A DNA stretch of 64,000 bases from Waterburya sp. (GCA_965217895.1 CBDCJV010000002.1:1472001-1536000); one strand, 5' to 3'. Shown: positions 1-11,681, counted from the first letter of the stretch. Made by a program: numbers and translations. Notes: a model not told the origin generated them from the sequence alone.

Positions 1-165
1 TGCGTTTTATGACCAGGTAATCTGTGACTGCAAGATTACAACCGTCTGTTTTTCTCGAAGCCAGGCTAATATTAAGTTCTGTCTCAAATAGTTTTTGGAT
101 TGAGATCTGCTTTTGGGTCTGAAAATAGATTACTATAACAAGGATATATAAAAATATCGTATTAA

Positions 166-717
<552 letters not shown>

Positions 718-772
718 TCCCGCTACTGGTTGGTAATAGGTTTCAATCATTTTTGGAGTGTTTATCAATTAT

Positions 773-3700
773 TTAACTATTTAACATTCGATCTACATCT
801 TCAGGTTTTATTCTTTTAATACTTTGAAAATGCTCTATTTTTTGTAAATAATTTCTAGCTTCAGAATAATCGCCGATCTGAATTAAAATCATGTCTTGAT
901 AAACAGATTCTTCTGGCGCATTAATCTCCAGCATTAATTCTTGTAATTGGTTGCGTTGAATATCGTTATCGAGATATTTTAAAAACGTTTTACGTTTCCA
1001 CTGATGCACAGTTACTAAACACCATTGTTCAGAACCACTAGTTATTTGATTTGTATTTTCTATATTTGATTTTTGCTCTTGTTTATTAGCTGATTGAGAA
1101 ATTAATAAATTACCTTTTGATGGTGATTCTTCAACAATAACTTCTGTTTCTGTTGGTTTATCAGTAACAGGGTAGCCGACTTGCAATATGCTCTTAAATT
1201 CCGCTCCAGATTGTTTAAAATCTAAGTAATAGCGATCGCATTTTGATAAGCGATGTTCTAAAGTTGTCAATAATAAAGTTAATTTTCCTGAACTATCAGC
1301 CTGTAAATGAAATATATACTGTTCGGAATCGCTCTTAAATCTAAAAATTAATTCTTCCAAAGGATATAAATTATTAATCGTAATTTTTTCTCCCCCAAAT
1401 TTACTTAAATCATCATATTTAATAGGTGTTGATAAAAGATTATTATGATAGTCATATATTTTTAAATTACGACATCCTAAATATTGTGTAAGTTCATACT
1501 CTTGTTGAACTGCAAAAAGATACGACCATTGTTTTTCTTTATGCCAAAATGTAGCCTGATACTTACCTGCGTCCGTAATACATTGAGATAAATCAATTTC
1601 ACTCCAATTATTGTCAGCGGATAACTGTAGAGAATTTCTAGCAATAATTTCTTTTTTATCCATACTTTCAATTAGGCAATTAATAGTTATATCTTCTTTT
1701 TGAGGAGGATAATATAAAGTAGGTGGATTAAGATAAACTAATTTTCTACCTTTGAGTCTCAATCCTATTAATCGAGGTTCTAGTTCTTGTAATTTCCAAT
1801 TAATTTTTAGATTTTTTATTTGAATCAATGCTTCAGATTCAAGTAATCTAACTTTTTTTCCTCGCCACTCCTTAATACTTGAGGTGACAAAACTATCAAT
1901 TAATTCTATATTGCTATCTAATTCAATTTCTACTTCTCTAGAAGTAAATAAAATTATTTCTTCAACGTTAACAATCTCAGGTTTGGATATATCGATATTT
2001 ATGCGTCCTCCAGACATTGCATCGAATACTAGACAAGGAAATTCCGAATTAATCCCTTGATGTTTCCATTGATATATTTGATTACGATTATGGTCTTGTA
2101 AATAGTAAGTCCATTGTTCCGCAGCTTTTGTAATATTAATTTCCAGTTCAGGTATTTCTAAATTATCTTCATTAGGGATACTAGAATTCCATTCTGCTTC
2201 TGATATTTGGCAATATGTACCTCTCAAATTTTGCCACTCTTGTTCCCATAAAGATTGTTCTGGCAAAATTAATTGAATATTTAATGTATCGGTAATATCT
2301 AAATATAAATAAGGTGGTTGATTGCGTCTTTTAAGTGTTTTGCGATCGCCCTTATCTTTTCGAGGAGTTAATACAGTAATTAAATCACTCCAATCACGTA
2401 GAAAAAAGCTATTAGATATATTTAAATTACTATCATGTAATATTTCATAGATTTTATTTTTTACTTCATCTTTTTGTAATTGTTCGTGAGTTATCCCTTG
2501 ATATTCCAATTCTATGGCTACAATAGCAATATTTTTAACTAAACGTTCTGGAATAGTCTCAGTCTGTTCATCGATCTTATCTATATTTAGAAAATGTCTA
2601 ATAGTTCCCCAATTACGATATTTTTTTTCCCAACATCGATATAATGCTTCTGCAACATCTAAAGCTGAACTATGAGCAATTTCCCACCAGTCGTGCTTAT
2701 CGGCGATATCTCGAACTATCTGCAATCTTTGTATAATTAAATCTGTTTTAATTACCGTATCTTGTAATTTATCAAAGTCAAATTCAATTTTTACTTCTGC
2801 TTGCTCTGGATTATCTAAATTAAAATTTATCTCATTTTTATGGTTTATTAATCGTTCAATTTCTGCTTCAAGTTCATCAATATAACTTGGTAAATTGCTT
2901 AACTTTGCATTTAAAGCCGATAATATATTTTCTAGTTTTAATTGATCGTCTTCCTGCTCGTTTATCTGCTTCTTAATTGAAGCTAGCTTGTGCTGCTCTT
3001 TATTCAAATTAACTTGAGCTTGTTCTTTTTTTGCTTCAACTTCAGCTAATTCTTGTACGGCAGAATTTTTTTGCGTTTCTAAAGAAAAGACATTTTGACG
3101 TAAAGCTGCAACTTCATTATTTATCTGTTGCTGAGTTCTTACAAATTGCCTCTCCAAATCTAATTTTTCTTGTTTTAGTCGTTCGGAAGCTTTAAGATCG
3201 CTTTCTAATTTTGAATCTAAATCTATTTGAGTTTTTGATAAATTTTCTAATGATTTTAGTAAGCTTGATTCTTTTTGCTCTAATTCTTGTAATTGCTGTT
3301 GTTTGATTGATAAAGCATTATCTAATTCGATTGCAGTATTCTGAAGATTATGATGATTTTTCTTGGAATCGTTTATTTGCTGCCTTAGCGATTCGTTATC
3401 GCTTTGCAAGTTATTAGTTTCTGCTATTAACTCTTGTTGATCGCTAGTAATTATTGCGATCGCCTTTTCTAAATCTAATTTTTGCTGTTCTAAATTAGAT
3501 ATCTTTGCTGATAATTCAGTTAATGCCGTTTCTTTTTCTTTAAGATGTCGTAGTTTAGCCTCCAGCGTAGCAATCTCAGGTTCTAGATTTAATTTGCGAT
3601 CGCTTAACTCGCGAATATCATTCTGTAGAGTAACAAATGCAGATTTTGACTGCTGTTGATTTGTGCTGAGGCTTGAAATAGCTGTTTTAATGTCTTTTTC

Positions 3701-3982
3701 TTGCTGCTTAAGACTTTCAACTTGCTTGGATAATAAAGTAATTGAATTGTTAGAGTCGGTTTTTTGTTGAACTAAACCCTGTAGTTGTTTTTGTTGTGTT
3801 GATATCTTGTCATTAAGCTTTCGCCTGCGTTGATGTTCTATAACAGAAACTCCAGCAGCAGTAGCAGGTACAGATAATAAACCAGTCAAAGCTGCTTGCT
3901 TAATATCTCTATTGATTATTAGATTTAGACTTAAGCCAACGCCAAAAGATACACTCCCAAGAATCAACCATTTTTTACTCAT
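773..3982 (-). CDS. Large hypothetical protein: N-terminal membrane hairpin, long coiled coil, globular middle region, C-terminal NusG-N-like domain
   Basis: 1069-aa ORF; hydrophobic first ~50 aa; ~350 aa of Q/E/K/L heptads; C-terminal 'WCLVTVHQWKRKTFLKYL...IKPEDVDRML'. Confidence 0.6.
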   Translation of the reverse strand: MSKKWLILGSVSFGVGLSLNLIINRDIKQAALTGLLSVPATAAGVSVIEHQRRRKLNDKISTQQKQLQGLVQQKTDSNNSITLLSKQVESLKQQEKDIKTAISSLSTNQQQSKSAFVTLQNDIRELSDRKLNLEPEIATLEAKLRHLKEKETALTELSAKISNLEQQKLDLEKAIAIITSDQQELIAETNNLQSDNESLRQQINDSKKNHHNLQNTAIELDNALSIKQQQLQELEQKESSLLKSLENLSKTQIDLDSKLESDLKASERLKQEKLDLERQFVRTQQQINNEVAALRQNVFSLETQKNSAVQELAEVEAKKEQAQVNLNKEQHKLASIKKQINEQEDDQLKLENILSALNAKLSNLPSYIDELEAEIERLINHKNEINFNLDNPEQAEVKIEFDFDKLQDTVIKTDLIIQRLQIVRDIADKHDWWEIAHSSALDVAEALYRCWEKKYRNWGTIRHFLNIDKIDEQTETIPERLVKNIAIVAIELEYQGITHEQLQKDEVKNKIYEILHDSNLNISNSFFLRDWSDLITVLTPRKDKGDRKTLKRRNQPPYLYLDITDTLNIQLILPEQSLWEQEWQNLRGTYCQISEAEWNSSIPNEDNLEIPELEINITKAAEQWTYYLQDHNRNQIYQWKHQGINSEFPCLVFDAMSGGRINIDISKPEIVNVEEIILFTSREVEIELDSNIELIDSFVTSSIKEWRGKKVRLLESEALIQIKNLKINWKLQELEPRLIGLRLKGRKLVYLNPPTLYYPPQKEDITINCLIESMDKKEIIARNSLQLSADNNWSEIDLSQCITDAGKYQATFWHKEKQWSYLFAVQQEYELTQYLGCRNLKIYDYHNNLLSTPIKYDDLSKFGGEKITINNLYPLEELIFRFKSDSEQYIFHLQADSSGKLTLLLTTLEHRLSKCDRYYLDFKQSGAEFKSILQVGYPVTDKPTETEVIVEESPSKGNLLISQSANKQEQKSNIENTNQITSGSEQWCLVTVHQWKRKTFLKYLDNDIQRNQLQELMLEINAPEESVYQDMILIQIGDYSEARNYLQKIEHFQSIKRIKPEDVDRMLNS

Positions 3983-4177
3983 GAAATAACAACAAACAGT
4001 GTTTCAAAATGTCTACTGTTATTAGAATTCCCTAATAGAAAATAATTACAACAAAAATATAAATTGTTTTAAATTTCATGAAGACGAAGAATGAGAAAAG
4101 TTGCAGCTTATTATTGCGCCATTGATGAGTAAGATTGCGTTACAATTTGCAACAAAAGCAATAATAATTTTTAAAAC

Positions 4178-4957
4178 ATGAGTAGGGCTTTAGTTACTGG
4201 AGCATCTTCGGGAATTGGCGAGTCGTTTGCCAGGGAATTAGCAAGTCTAAATACAGACTTAATTTTGGTCGCGCGATCGCAAGATAAGCTAGAACAGCTT
4301 GCTCAAGAATTAAGCGGTAAATATCAGATAAAAACTGAAGTTATAGTTCAAGATTTAACCAAGCCAGTAGCAGGGCAAGCAGTATTTGACCAGGTTCAAG
4401 CTTTAGGTCTAAATGTTGATTTATTAATTAACAACGCGGGATTTGGCGATTATGGAGCGTTTAGCGATCGCCCTTTAAGCAAACAGTTAACCATGATTCA
4501 ACTTAATATTACTGTCTTAGTAGAATTAACAGGATTGTTTTTACCTTTGATGCAGCAGCGTGGTAGCGGGGGAATTATAAATATTTCTTCAATCGCTGGC
4601 TTTCAACCACTGCCCTATATGTCAGTATATGCTGCAACAAAAGCTTTTGTTCTCAGTTTTACCGAAGCACTTTGGGCAGAAAATAAAAATAGTGGAGTCA
4701 ATATTTTAGCAGTATGTCCAGGTCCAACTGAATCAAAATTTTGGCAAAGAGGAGACTTCCCTGATGATTTTGCAGGAACAAGTCCTAACAGCATGACCAA
4801 GAGTGAGGCAGTCGTCAAAGAAGCTCTCAAGGCTATGGAAAAGAAACAATCTACTGTTGTTACGGGTGGTATCAGTAACCAGCTTTTAGTTAATGTTCCT
4901 CGATTTGTCCCTAGAGATTTTTTAGTTAGTGCCGTAGAAAAACAGTTTAAGAAATAA
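4178..4957 (+). CDS. Short-chain dehydrogenase/reductase
   Basis: TGASSGIG, NNAG and YAATK motifs. Confidence 0.92.
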   Translation: MSRALVTGASSGIGESFARELASLNTDLILVARSQDKLEQLAQELSGKYQIKTEVIVQDLTKPVAGQAVFDQVQALGLNVDLLINNAGFGDYGAFSDRPLSKQLTMIQLNITVLVELTGLFLPLMQQRGSGGIINISSIAGFQPLPYMSVYAATKAFVLSFTEALWAENKNSGVNILAVCPGPTESKFWQRGDFPDDFAGTSPNSMTKSEAVVKEALKAMEKKQSTVVTGGISNQLLVNVPRFVPRDFLVSAVEKQFKK

Positions 4958-5102
4958 CTACTCATCTTTATCAATACTTTCTTTTCAACTGTCTCTAGCT
5001 TAAGAACCCTGAAACGTGGCACAATTAAGAAACGTTTATTAAATAAAAAGATTAGTGGCTATTCCATTAGCCAACGTAACCGCTCAATAAATAAGGATTG
5101 AT

Positions 5103-6176
5103 ATGACTGCAACACTACAAGTGCCTGCTAAAACCCGTCGTCAGGTATTTCCCTTTACGGCTATTGTGGGGCAAGAAGAGATGAAGCTGGCTCTTTTGCT
5201 CAACGTCATCGATCCTAAAATTGGTGGAGTTATGATTATGGGCGATCGCGGTACGGGTAAATCTACCACTATTCGCGCTTTAGCCGATCTTTTGCCAGAA
5301 ATTGAGGTAGTCGAAGGAGATCCCTTTAATAGCGATCCTCATGATGCAGATCTGATGAGCGATGAAGTTAAACAAAAAATAGATCGGCAAATACCCATCA
5401 ACACCGTCAAGAAAAAGGTACAGATGGTAGATCTTCCCCTTGGTGCAACCGAAGATCGAGTTTGTGGAACTATCGACATTGAAAAAGCATTGTCTGACGG
5501 GGTGAAGGCTTTTGAGCCAGGTCTGTTAGCCAAAGCCAACCGTGGCATCCTTTATGTAGATGAGGTAAATCTACTAGACGATCATCTTGTAGACGTACTG
5601 CTTGATTCGGCTGCTGGTGGTTGGAACACTGTAGAAAGAGAGGGCATTTCTATTCGCCATCCTGCCCAGTTTGTGATGGTGGGTTCTGGCAACCCTGAAG
5701 AAGGAGAACTTCGCCCTCAATTATTAGACCGCTTTGGTATGCATGCGGAGATTCGCACGGTAAAAGAGCCAAATCTGCGAGTAAAGATTGTCGAACAAAG
5801 AGCCGAATTTGATGGTAATCCTAGTTCTTTTGGTGAAAAATATGCTGAAGAACAAATTGCCATGCAAAACAAAATTATCAAGGCACAAGAGTTACTCCCT
5901 TCGGTAACAATTGATTACGATCTACGGGTTAAAATCTCCGAAATCTGTTCTGAGTTAGACGTAGATGGTTTGCGGGGAGATATCGTTACTAACCGCGCTG
6001 CCAAGGCGATCGCCGCTTTGGAAGAACGTACAGAAGTGACGGTTGATGATATTCGTCGGGTAATTGTTCTTTGTTTACGTCATCGTCTCCGCAAAGACCC
6101 GCTAGAATCTATTGATTCGGGTTATAAAGTCCGAAAATCCGTGGCGCGCATTTTTGGGCTAGAACTAGAAGAATAA
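5103..6176 (+). CDS. chlI: Magnesium chelatase ATPase subunit I
   Basis: '[16 protein letters not shown]', Walker A GDRGTGKS, 'LYVDEVNLL', '[16 protein letters not shown]'. Confidence 0.97.
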   Translation: MTATLQVPAKTRRQVFPFTAIVGQEEMKLALLLNVIDPKIGGVMIMGDRGTGKSTTIRALADLLPEIEVVEGDPFNSDPHDADLMSDEVKQKIDRQIPINTVKKKVQMVDLPLGATEDRVCGTIDIEKALSDGVKAFEPGLLAKANRGILYVDEVNLLDDHLVDVLLDSAAGGWNTVEREGISIRHPAQFVMVGSGNPEEGELRPQLLDRFGMHAEIRTVKEPNLRVKIVEQRAEFDGNPSSFGEKYAEEQIAMQNKIIKAQELLPSVTIDYDLRVKISEICSELDVDGLRGDIVTNRAAKAIAALEERTEVTVDDIRRVIVLCLRHRLRKDPLESIDSGYKVRKSVARIFGLELEE

Positions 6177-6249
6177 GACTTAGGTACGAGAAATTCTCAT
6201 CCCAAGTTCGATAAGTTTTGAGAAGTAAAGGCAGTTCTTTCGTTAACTT

Positions 6250-7074
6250 ATGGCAGTAACTACCGACAACCAAAAAATAGCCCAACAAGATTCTCAAGTT
6301 CCTCTAATTGAACTGCGAAGAGTCAGTAAGTCCTTTGGGGACAATGTAATTCTAGATCGGATGAATCTGAAGATAGATCGCGGTGAAGCACTAGTAATTA
6401 TTGGTCCTTCTGGGACTGGAAAATCTACTATCTTGAGGATGATTGCTGGATTAATGCCTATAGATAAAGGGTCAATCTATATGAATGGACAAAAACAAAA
6501 AGGCTTAATAGATGACCAAGAAAATTCCTTGGGAATAAGTATGGTGTTTCAGCAGGATGCGCTTTTTGACTCTTTAACCGTAGAAGAAAATGTTGGCTTT
6601 TCTCTTTATCAACATTCCAACCTCAGTCGTCGCAAGATTAAAGATTTAGTAGATGCAAAGCTGGAAATGGTTGGTTTGGGAGGAACAAACAAGAGTTTTC
6701 CTGCGGAGTTATCTGGAGGAATGCGTAAGCGAGTTAGCTTTGCCCGTGCCATTATATCCAATCCAGAAAATCCTCGAAGTAGACCTGAAATAATTTTATA
6801 TGATGAACCAACAGCAGGTTTAGATCCAATTGCTTCTACCGTGATTGAAGATTTAGTGCGCGATTTACAGTGTACTGAAAGAGGTTGTGGTACATACATT
6901 ATGGTTAGCCATCAACATAGTACTATTCGCCGTACTGCTAAGCGTATTATCTTTTTATATGGAGGCAAAATTCAATGGACTGGCACGGTTGAAGAAATTG
7001 ATACTACTGATAATCCTTTAGTGAAGCAGTTTTTCAGCGGCAGCGTTGAAGGTCCAATTCATGTGGTTGATTAA
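6250..7074 (+). CDS. ABC transporter ATP-binding protein, MlaF/TGD3-like
   Basis: GPSGTGKS, LSGGMRKR, YDEPTAGLDP; directly upstream of an MlaD gene. Confidence 0.9.
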   Translation: MAVTTDNQKIAQQDSQVPLIELRRVSKSFGDNVILDRMNLKIDRGEALVIIGPSGTGKSTILRMIAGLMPIDKGSIYMNGQKQKGLIDDQENSLGISMVFQQDALFDSLTVEENVGFSLYQHSNLSRRKIKDLVDAKLEMVGLGGTNKSFPAELSGGMRKRVSFARAIISNPENPRSRPEIILYDEPTAGLDPIASTVIEDLVRDLQCTERGCGTYIMVSHQHSTIRRTAKRIIFLYGGKIQWTGTVEEIDTTDNPLVKQFFSGSVEGPIHVVD

Positions 7075-7101
7075 ACTAAAAACTTAAGGTGAGAGGAAAA
7101 T

Positions 7102-8328
7102 ATGCGATCGCGCACTATCAGAGAAGGTTCGGTGGGATTACTAATTATATTCAGTATTCTGGTGTTTGGAGGTATAGTCTTGTGGATTCGAGGCGTTACT
7201 TTGGGAGATAAAAGCTATAAAATTACTGCTGATTTTCCTGACGTTAATGGCATTCAATTAGGAGACGGGGTTCGCTATCGAGGCTTAAAAGTAGGCAGAA
7301 TTGACGAGATTAAACCTAGTACCAATGGAGTTGATGTGGTGATTGAAATTGACTCTAGCGATCTTTTGATTCCCAAAAATTCTACTATTAAAGCCAGAAG
7401 TTCGGGTTTGATTGGAGATACCTTTGTTGATATTGTGCCTGAGTCTGACTTACCCAAAGAATCCGCTGGTTTAAGTCCCCTTAGTTCTAACTGCGATTCG
7501 TCAAAAATTATTTGTAATAATGCTCGTTTTCGAGGAGAAAAAGGCATTACCCTAGACGATCTATTACCCTATACCTATCGCTTTAGTAAAGCTTATGGTC
7601 AACCAGAGTTCGTTGCCAAAGTAGACACAGCGGTAGAAAATGCTGGCATAGCAGCAGCAGAAATTGGCAAGCTTACCAAAGAAGCTTCGGTTTTAGTTAA
7701 CGATCTAAAGCAAGAAGTGGCTTCTGTGTCTGATGCAACTAAGACGATAACTGACGTGGCAGATAATACTTCAAATGAACTAATTACCACAGCTAAAACC
7801 TATCAGCAAACTGGTAAACAAATTAACAAGTTAACCAGCAATATCAATGAGTTAGTTACTCAAAATAGAACTAACCTTACTACTACCCTAACTAGTATTG
7901 AAACTACTAGCGATCGCCTGCAAGGTTTAGTTACAAAATTAGATAAAACTGTTGATACCGCCGATACAGAAAAATTAGCAGCCAATTTAGCAGAATTAAC
8001 CGATAATGCTGCGGTGGCTTCTAAGAACTTAAAAAATATCTCATCAACCTTTAGTAGTGATGAAAGTTTGGTAAGCCTTCAACAAACTTTAGATTCAGCT
8101 AGAGTTACCTTTGACAATGCCCAGAAAATTACTTCAGATCTCGAATCATTTACTGGAGATCCTGCCTTTTTAAAAAATGTTCGCGACTTGGTTAATGGTT
8201 TAAGTAATTTAGTTTCTACTACCGACCAACTAGACCAGCAGGTTCAAACAAATAATGCCATAAAACCAATGTCTGAAGCATTATTTGTTTCTCCTAAGGC
8301 TAGGAAAACAAAAAAAAATAATAAATAA
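7102..8328 (+). CDS. MlaD/MCE family lipid transport protein (Ycf22/TGD2-like)
   Basis: N-terminal TM 'REGSVGLL'; MCE domain 'GDGVRYRGLKVG...GLIGDTFVDI'; helical tail. Confidence 0.9.
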   Translation: MRSRTIREGSVGLLIIFSILVFGGIVLWIRGVTLGDKSYKITADFPDVNGIQLGDGVRYRGLKVGRIDEIKPSTNGVDVVIEIDSSDLLIPKNSTIKARSSGLIGDTFVDIVPESDLPKESAGLSPLSSNCDSSKIICNNARFRGEKGITLDDLLPYTYRFSKAYGQPEFVAKVDTAVENAGIAAAEIGKLTKEASVLVNDLKQEVASVSDATKTITDVADNTSNELITTAKTYQQTGKQINKLTSNINELVTQNRTNLTTTLTSIETTSDRLQGLVTKLDKTVDTADTEKLAANLAELTDNAAVASKNLKNISSTFSSDESLVSLQQTLDSARVTFDNAQKITSDLESFTGDPAFLKNVRDLVNGLSNLVSTTDQLDQQVQTNNAIKPMSEALFVSPKARKTKKNNK

Positions 8329-8462
8329 TAAGTGAGTAACTACTCCTTGTAAAGAAAATAAATCGTAATATCTTACTTACTTGGTTTTACATTTAATTCT
8401 ACCTACTTACTTATCATTCTCAAGCAAGCATCGACAAACCTGAAACTCTAAAAAATATTAAA

Positions 8463-9134
8463 TTGATGTCTGACAAAGGAACTGTAGTTTTTGATGTAAT
8501 TGGCACCTGTTTTTCTCTAGAAAAACCCCGACAGCATTTAATTGAACTGGGTGCGCCAAATTATACTTTAGAACTTTGGTTTGCCCAATCATTAAGAGAT
8601 GCTTTTGGGCTTTCCCATGCAGGTGGATATCAACCGCTTAAAGAAATTTTGCAATCGGAATTACCACGAACTTTAAAATTATTAAAAATCGATTTAAACT
8701 CAAGGCAATTATCTGAGATCATGGCAACTTTCAGCGAATTAGAACTACAGCCATTTGCCATTGAAGCATTTGAAACTTTGACCCAGGCGGACTGGAAAAT
8801 AGTGGCTTTGACAAACGGTAGTGAAAAATCTACTCGTAACTTATTAGAACGTGCGGGGGTACAACAGTATTTTACTGAAGTTTATTCCTGTGATGCGATC
8901 GCCGTTACCAAACCTCATCCAGATGTCTATAAGATGGTTCAAAATGATTTAGAAAAAGATGTCTGGCTAGTTGCTGCTCACGCTTGGGATATTGTTGGAG
9001 CTACAAGTGTTGGCATGAAAACTGCTTTTGTCAGCCAGTTAGAAAAAGATTATTTAAAAGCATATTCTCAACCACAAATCACGGTTGAAAACTTATTAGA
9101 AGCTGGTCTTCAGATTATCAATTTTTATACTTAA
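8463..9134 (+). CDS. Haloacid dehalogenase type II (HAD superfamily)
   Basis: FDVIGT, LTNG, KPHPDVY and AAHAWD motifs. Confidence 0.88.
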   Translation: MMSDKGTVVFDVIGTCFSLEKPRQHLIELGAPNYTLELWFAQSLRDAFGLSHAGGYQPLKEILQSELPRTLKLLKIDLNSRQLSEIMATFSELELQPFAIEAFETLTQADWKIVALTNGSEKSTRNLLERAGVQQYFTEVYSCDAIAVTKPHPDVYKMVQNDLEKDVWLVAAHAWDIVGATSVGMKTAFVSQLEKDYLKAYSQPQITVENLLEAGLQIINFYT

Positions 9135-9247
9135 CAATTAAAGTAAATCTCTAATTCGTTATTAATCAACATTAATCTTCTTAACCTGACTCAGTTTACT
9201 TGGTAAGCTAAATAATAACCATATAAAAAGCGATCGCATTAAAGCAA

Positions 9248-9439
9248 ATGATGATATTACCTGGAGCAACTGTGACAATTACTAATTCTGATGACACCTA
9301 CTATAAATTTCAAGGCTTAGTACAGCGTATAGATGATGGTAGAGTTGCGGTATTGTTTGAAGGAGGCAACTGGGATAAGCTAGTAACCTTTAACTTATCT
9401 GAGCTTGAAGCCGTAGATTTAACCAAGAAGAAAAAATAA
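9248..9439 (+). CDS. ndhS: NDH-1 complex subunit S
   Basis: 'ILPGATV...[24 protein letters not shown]' signature. Confidence 0.95.
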   Translation: MMILPGATVTITNSDDTYYKFQGLVQRIDDGRVAVLFEGGNWDKLVTFNLSELEAVDLTKKKK

Positions 9440-9528
9440 CGTTATTATATCGGGGATAAACGCTCATGAGGATGAAAAAGCTATTTATTTGCCTCATCCC
9501 TCGTCCTTTATCCCTTACCCCTTAAAAA

Positions 9529-10194
9529 ATGCGACTTCCTCTACCTCAATTTACGGTTGACGATCGCAACCCCAAACATATTGGGGAGGTGATTGAAACC
9601 TCTACAACCGAATATTTAGCTCAGTGTCTTGAACCTGAAGATTTAAAATTTCCTGTAATGCCTCCTTTTGGTAGCTGGATTAAATCTTTTGATGAAGAGT
9701 CTGGTAACAAAATTCTGTCCGTGGTTACTTATGTCACCACCAGTCCCATTGATTCTGTTCATCGTGCTAGAGCATTAGGTCTATCTTTAGAAGAGTTGCG
9801 AGAACAACAGCCTCAAATATTTGCCATGCTCAAAACCGAGTTTAAAGCAGCAATTGTCGGTTTTGAAACACCCGCAAACGTTAATGGTAGTAAAGCGAAA
9901 TTAGGTCAAGTATATCAATATTTACCTCCTCGCCCACCTCAAATTCATCAATCTGTTTATCAGTGTGATGCAGAAGAAATAATTCACTTCACTGAAAAAC
10001 TAGACTTCCTCAGAACTCTTTTACAGGCTAAAGATATACCCGTAGAATCTTTAGTTGCAGCATCTGTACGAGATATTTATCGCCAGCGAAAAGCAAATCG
10101 CGATTGGTTGGTTAATGTCGGTCGTACTCTTAGCACGCTTTTAAAAGATGATTACGATCGTCTACGCTATATTTTGAGTCAGATTCATTGGTAA
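9529..10194 (+). CDS. HAS-barrel domain protein
   Basis: 'GEVIETSTTEYLAQC', 'PPFGSW', 'YQYLPPRPPQIHQ' typical of this cyanobacterial family. Confidence 0.8.
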   Translation: MRLPLPQFTVDDRNPKHIGEVIETSTTEYLAQCLEPEDLKFPVMPPFGSWIKSFDEESGNKILSVVTYVTTSPIDSVHRARALGLSLEELREQQPQIFAMLKTEFKAAIVGFETPANVNGSKAKLGQVYQYLPPRPPQIHQSVYQCDAEEIIHFTEKLDFLRTLLQAKDIPVESLVAASVRDIYRQRKANRDWLVNVGRTLSTLLKDDYDRLRYILSQIHW

Positions 10195-10276
10195 GCATAA
10201 ATCATTGGCGTTGCTGAATTGTTGCGAGTCAAAAATCAAAGTGTAATCAAGTTCTGGTCGCTTAAAGTAAGGCGAG

Positions 10277-10349
10277 GGCGGACGATGGGACTTGAACCCA
10301 CGAATGGTGGAATCACAATCCACTGCCTTAACCACTTGGCTACGCCCGC
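10277..10349 (-). tRNA. trnH: tRNA-His (GTG)
   Basis: Minus strand GCGGGCGTAGCCAAGTGGTTAAGGCAGTGGATTGTGATTCCACCATTCGTGGGTTCAAGTCCCATCGTCCGCC folds as a cloverleaf; anticodon GTG; G-1 encoded at 10350; CCA not encoded. Confidence 0.97.
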
Positions 10350-10450
10350 CATTCATACAGTTATTTATTATATCATCACCAATCAACATTTAAATACCAT
10401 GGTTTAAAATTGGAGGGTTTAAAATTAGAGAAAAATCACGTTTAAATTAC

Positions 10451-10828
10451 ATGACAAGCTCTAGAATTAGTGGTGTTGCGGGAATTATTATCATCGGCTT
10501 GGGTGCGATCGCTTTTATAACTAACCCAGGAGAGAAAGGATATCAGAAATATGCCGAAGCTACATTTCAAACACGTTTTAAAGACAAAATTTGCGCTCAG
10601 GTGATGGAAGATTGGGGAGTATGGCTAGAAGGTCAATGTCATATTGTAGTTAATACCGCTAGTCCCTATTTAACTCAAATTGTAAGTCAACAGACAAAAC
10701 GTCAAAATTTTTTACTTTTTAGTATTTATCAAGCAGATTTACCTTTACCTTCTCCTTTGCCTTCTTATCATCTTGAAACTATTGGAATCTTGGGTAATTT
10801 TTATACTTATCAAGCTGAAAAACTATAG
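10451..10828 (+). CDS. DUF4359-like membrane-anchored protein
   Basis: N-terminal TM, 'TNP..Y..YA', 'TKRQNFLLFSIY', 'ETIGILGNF'. Confidence 0.75.
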   Translation: MTSSRISGVAGIIIIGLGAIAFITNPGEKGYQKYAEATFQTRFKDKICAQVMEDWGVWLEGQCHIVVNTASPYLTQIVSQQTKRQNFLLFSIYQADLPLPSPLPSYHLETIGILGNFYTYQAEKL

Positions 10829-10896
10829 CTGTTAATTGTCTTTTCAAAAAATTAACTTAAACTATTAAATAAAGATCGAAATCTAAAATTTAATTT

Positions 10897-11280
10897 ATGA
10901 TGAGCGACACAAACTCTAATAGCGACAATAAGGAAACTTTACCTCCAGCAGACCATGAAACTCGCACTCCTCCTTATGGTTCAGTTCAGCCTTTAGATGC
11001 AGGGGAAAGGTATTGCATTAATCGCATTGAAATTAAACCTGGAGAACACATGAGTACCCAAATGCACTATCATCGAAGTGAGCATTGGATTGTAGTTTCA
11101 GGTACGGCTAAAGTGATTTGTAATGGCAAAGAAACTTTAGTAATGCAGAATCAATCTACCTATGTACCGATGAACACTGCCCATCGAGTCGAAAACCCTG
11201 GAGTAATTCCTTTAGTAATGATTGAAGTGCAAAACGGCGAATACTTAGGCGATGATGATATTATTCGTTTCGATGATTAA
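10897..11280 (+). CDS. Stand-alone cupin (mannose-6-phosphate isomerase type II C-terminal-like)
   Basis: 'QMHYHRSEHWIVVSGTA', 'IEVQNGEYLGDDDIIRF'. Confidence 0.9.
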   Translation: MMSDTNSNSDNKETLPPADHETRTPPYGSVQPLDAGERYCINRIEIKPGEHMSTQMHYHRSEHWIVVSGTAKVICNGKETLVMQNQSTYVPMNTAHRVENPGVIPLVMIEVQNGEYLGDDDIIRFDD

Positions 11281-11387
11281 CTTTGCTATTAAATTATAGA
11301 TATTGCTATAAATAATAGTTAATAATTACTATGGCTTTATATTATAATCAAGCCAATTAAGCTAAATTTTCAGCCAACAGATTAACA

Positions 11388-11681
11388 TTATAAATAGCTA
11401 GAAACGGAGCGTAATTGACTGGGAATAGGTGTAGCTTCAGGAAATTCTAAACAAGTTTCTTTTTCCCCTAAATATCCAGATTCGGTGAAAGAAATCAACA
11501 TTCTGGCAAGAGCCACCCAAACCTCTGCATCGTATTCCCAATCTTTGTTTCTAGACGTAAAGCAGGCAATAGATTTTAACGCCCAAAAGTAGCTATTGCG
11601 TACCACCGAGCCACCTTTTTTGTAGGGTGGCAAATCTTGGTGGGCAATAAATAATATATCGTTTTCTAATCTCACCTGCAC
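11388..11681 (-). CDS. Conserved cyanobacterial hypothetical protein
   Basis: 97-aa ORF with protein-like composition ('GGSVVRNSYFWALKSIA'). Confidence 0.65.
   Translation of the reverse strand: MQVRLENDILFIAHQDLPPYKKGGSVVRNSYFWALKSIACFTSRNKDWEYDAEVWVALARMLISFTESGYLGEKETCLEFPEATPIPSQLRSVSSYL

Noticed and set aside
10207..10350. tRNA-His as a prophage or island attachment site
   Set aside because: No integrase nearby and no duplicate of the tRNA 3' end noticed in the window; the flanks are ordinary genes.
10162..10407. ORFs 10162-10389 (-) and 10219-10407 (+)
   Set aside because: They overlap the tRNA gene; spurious.
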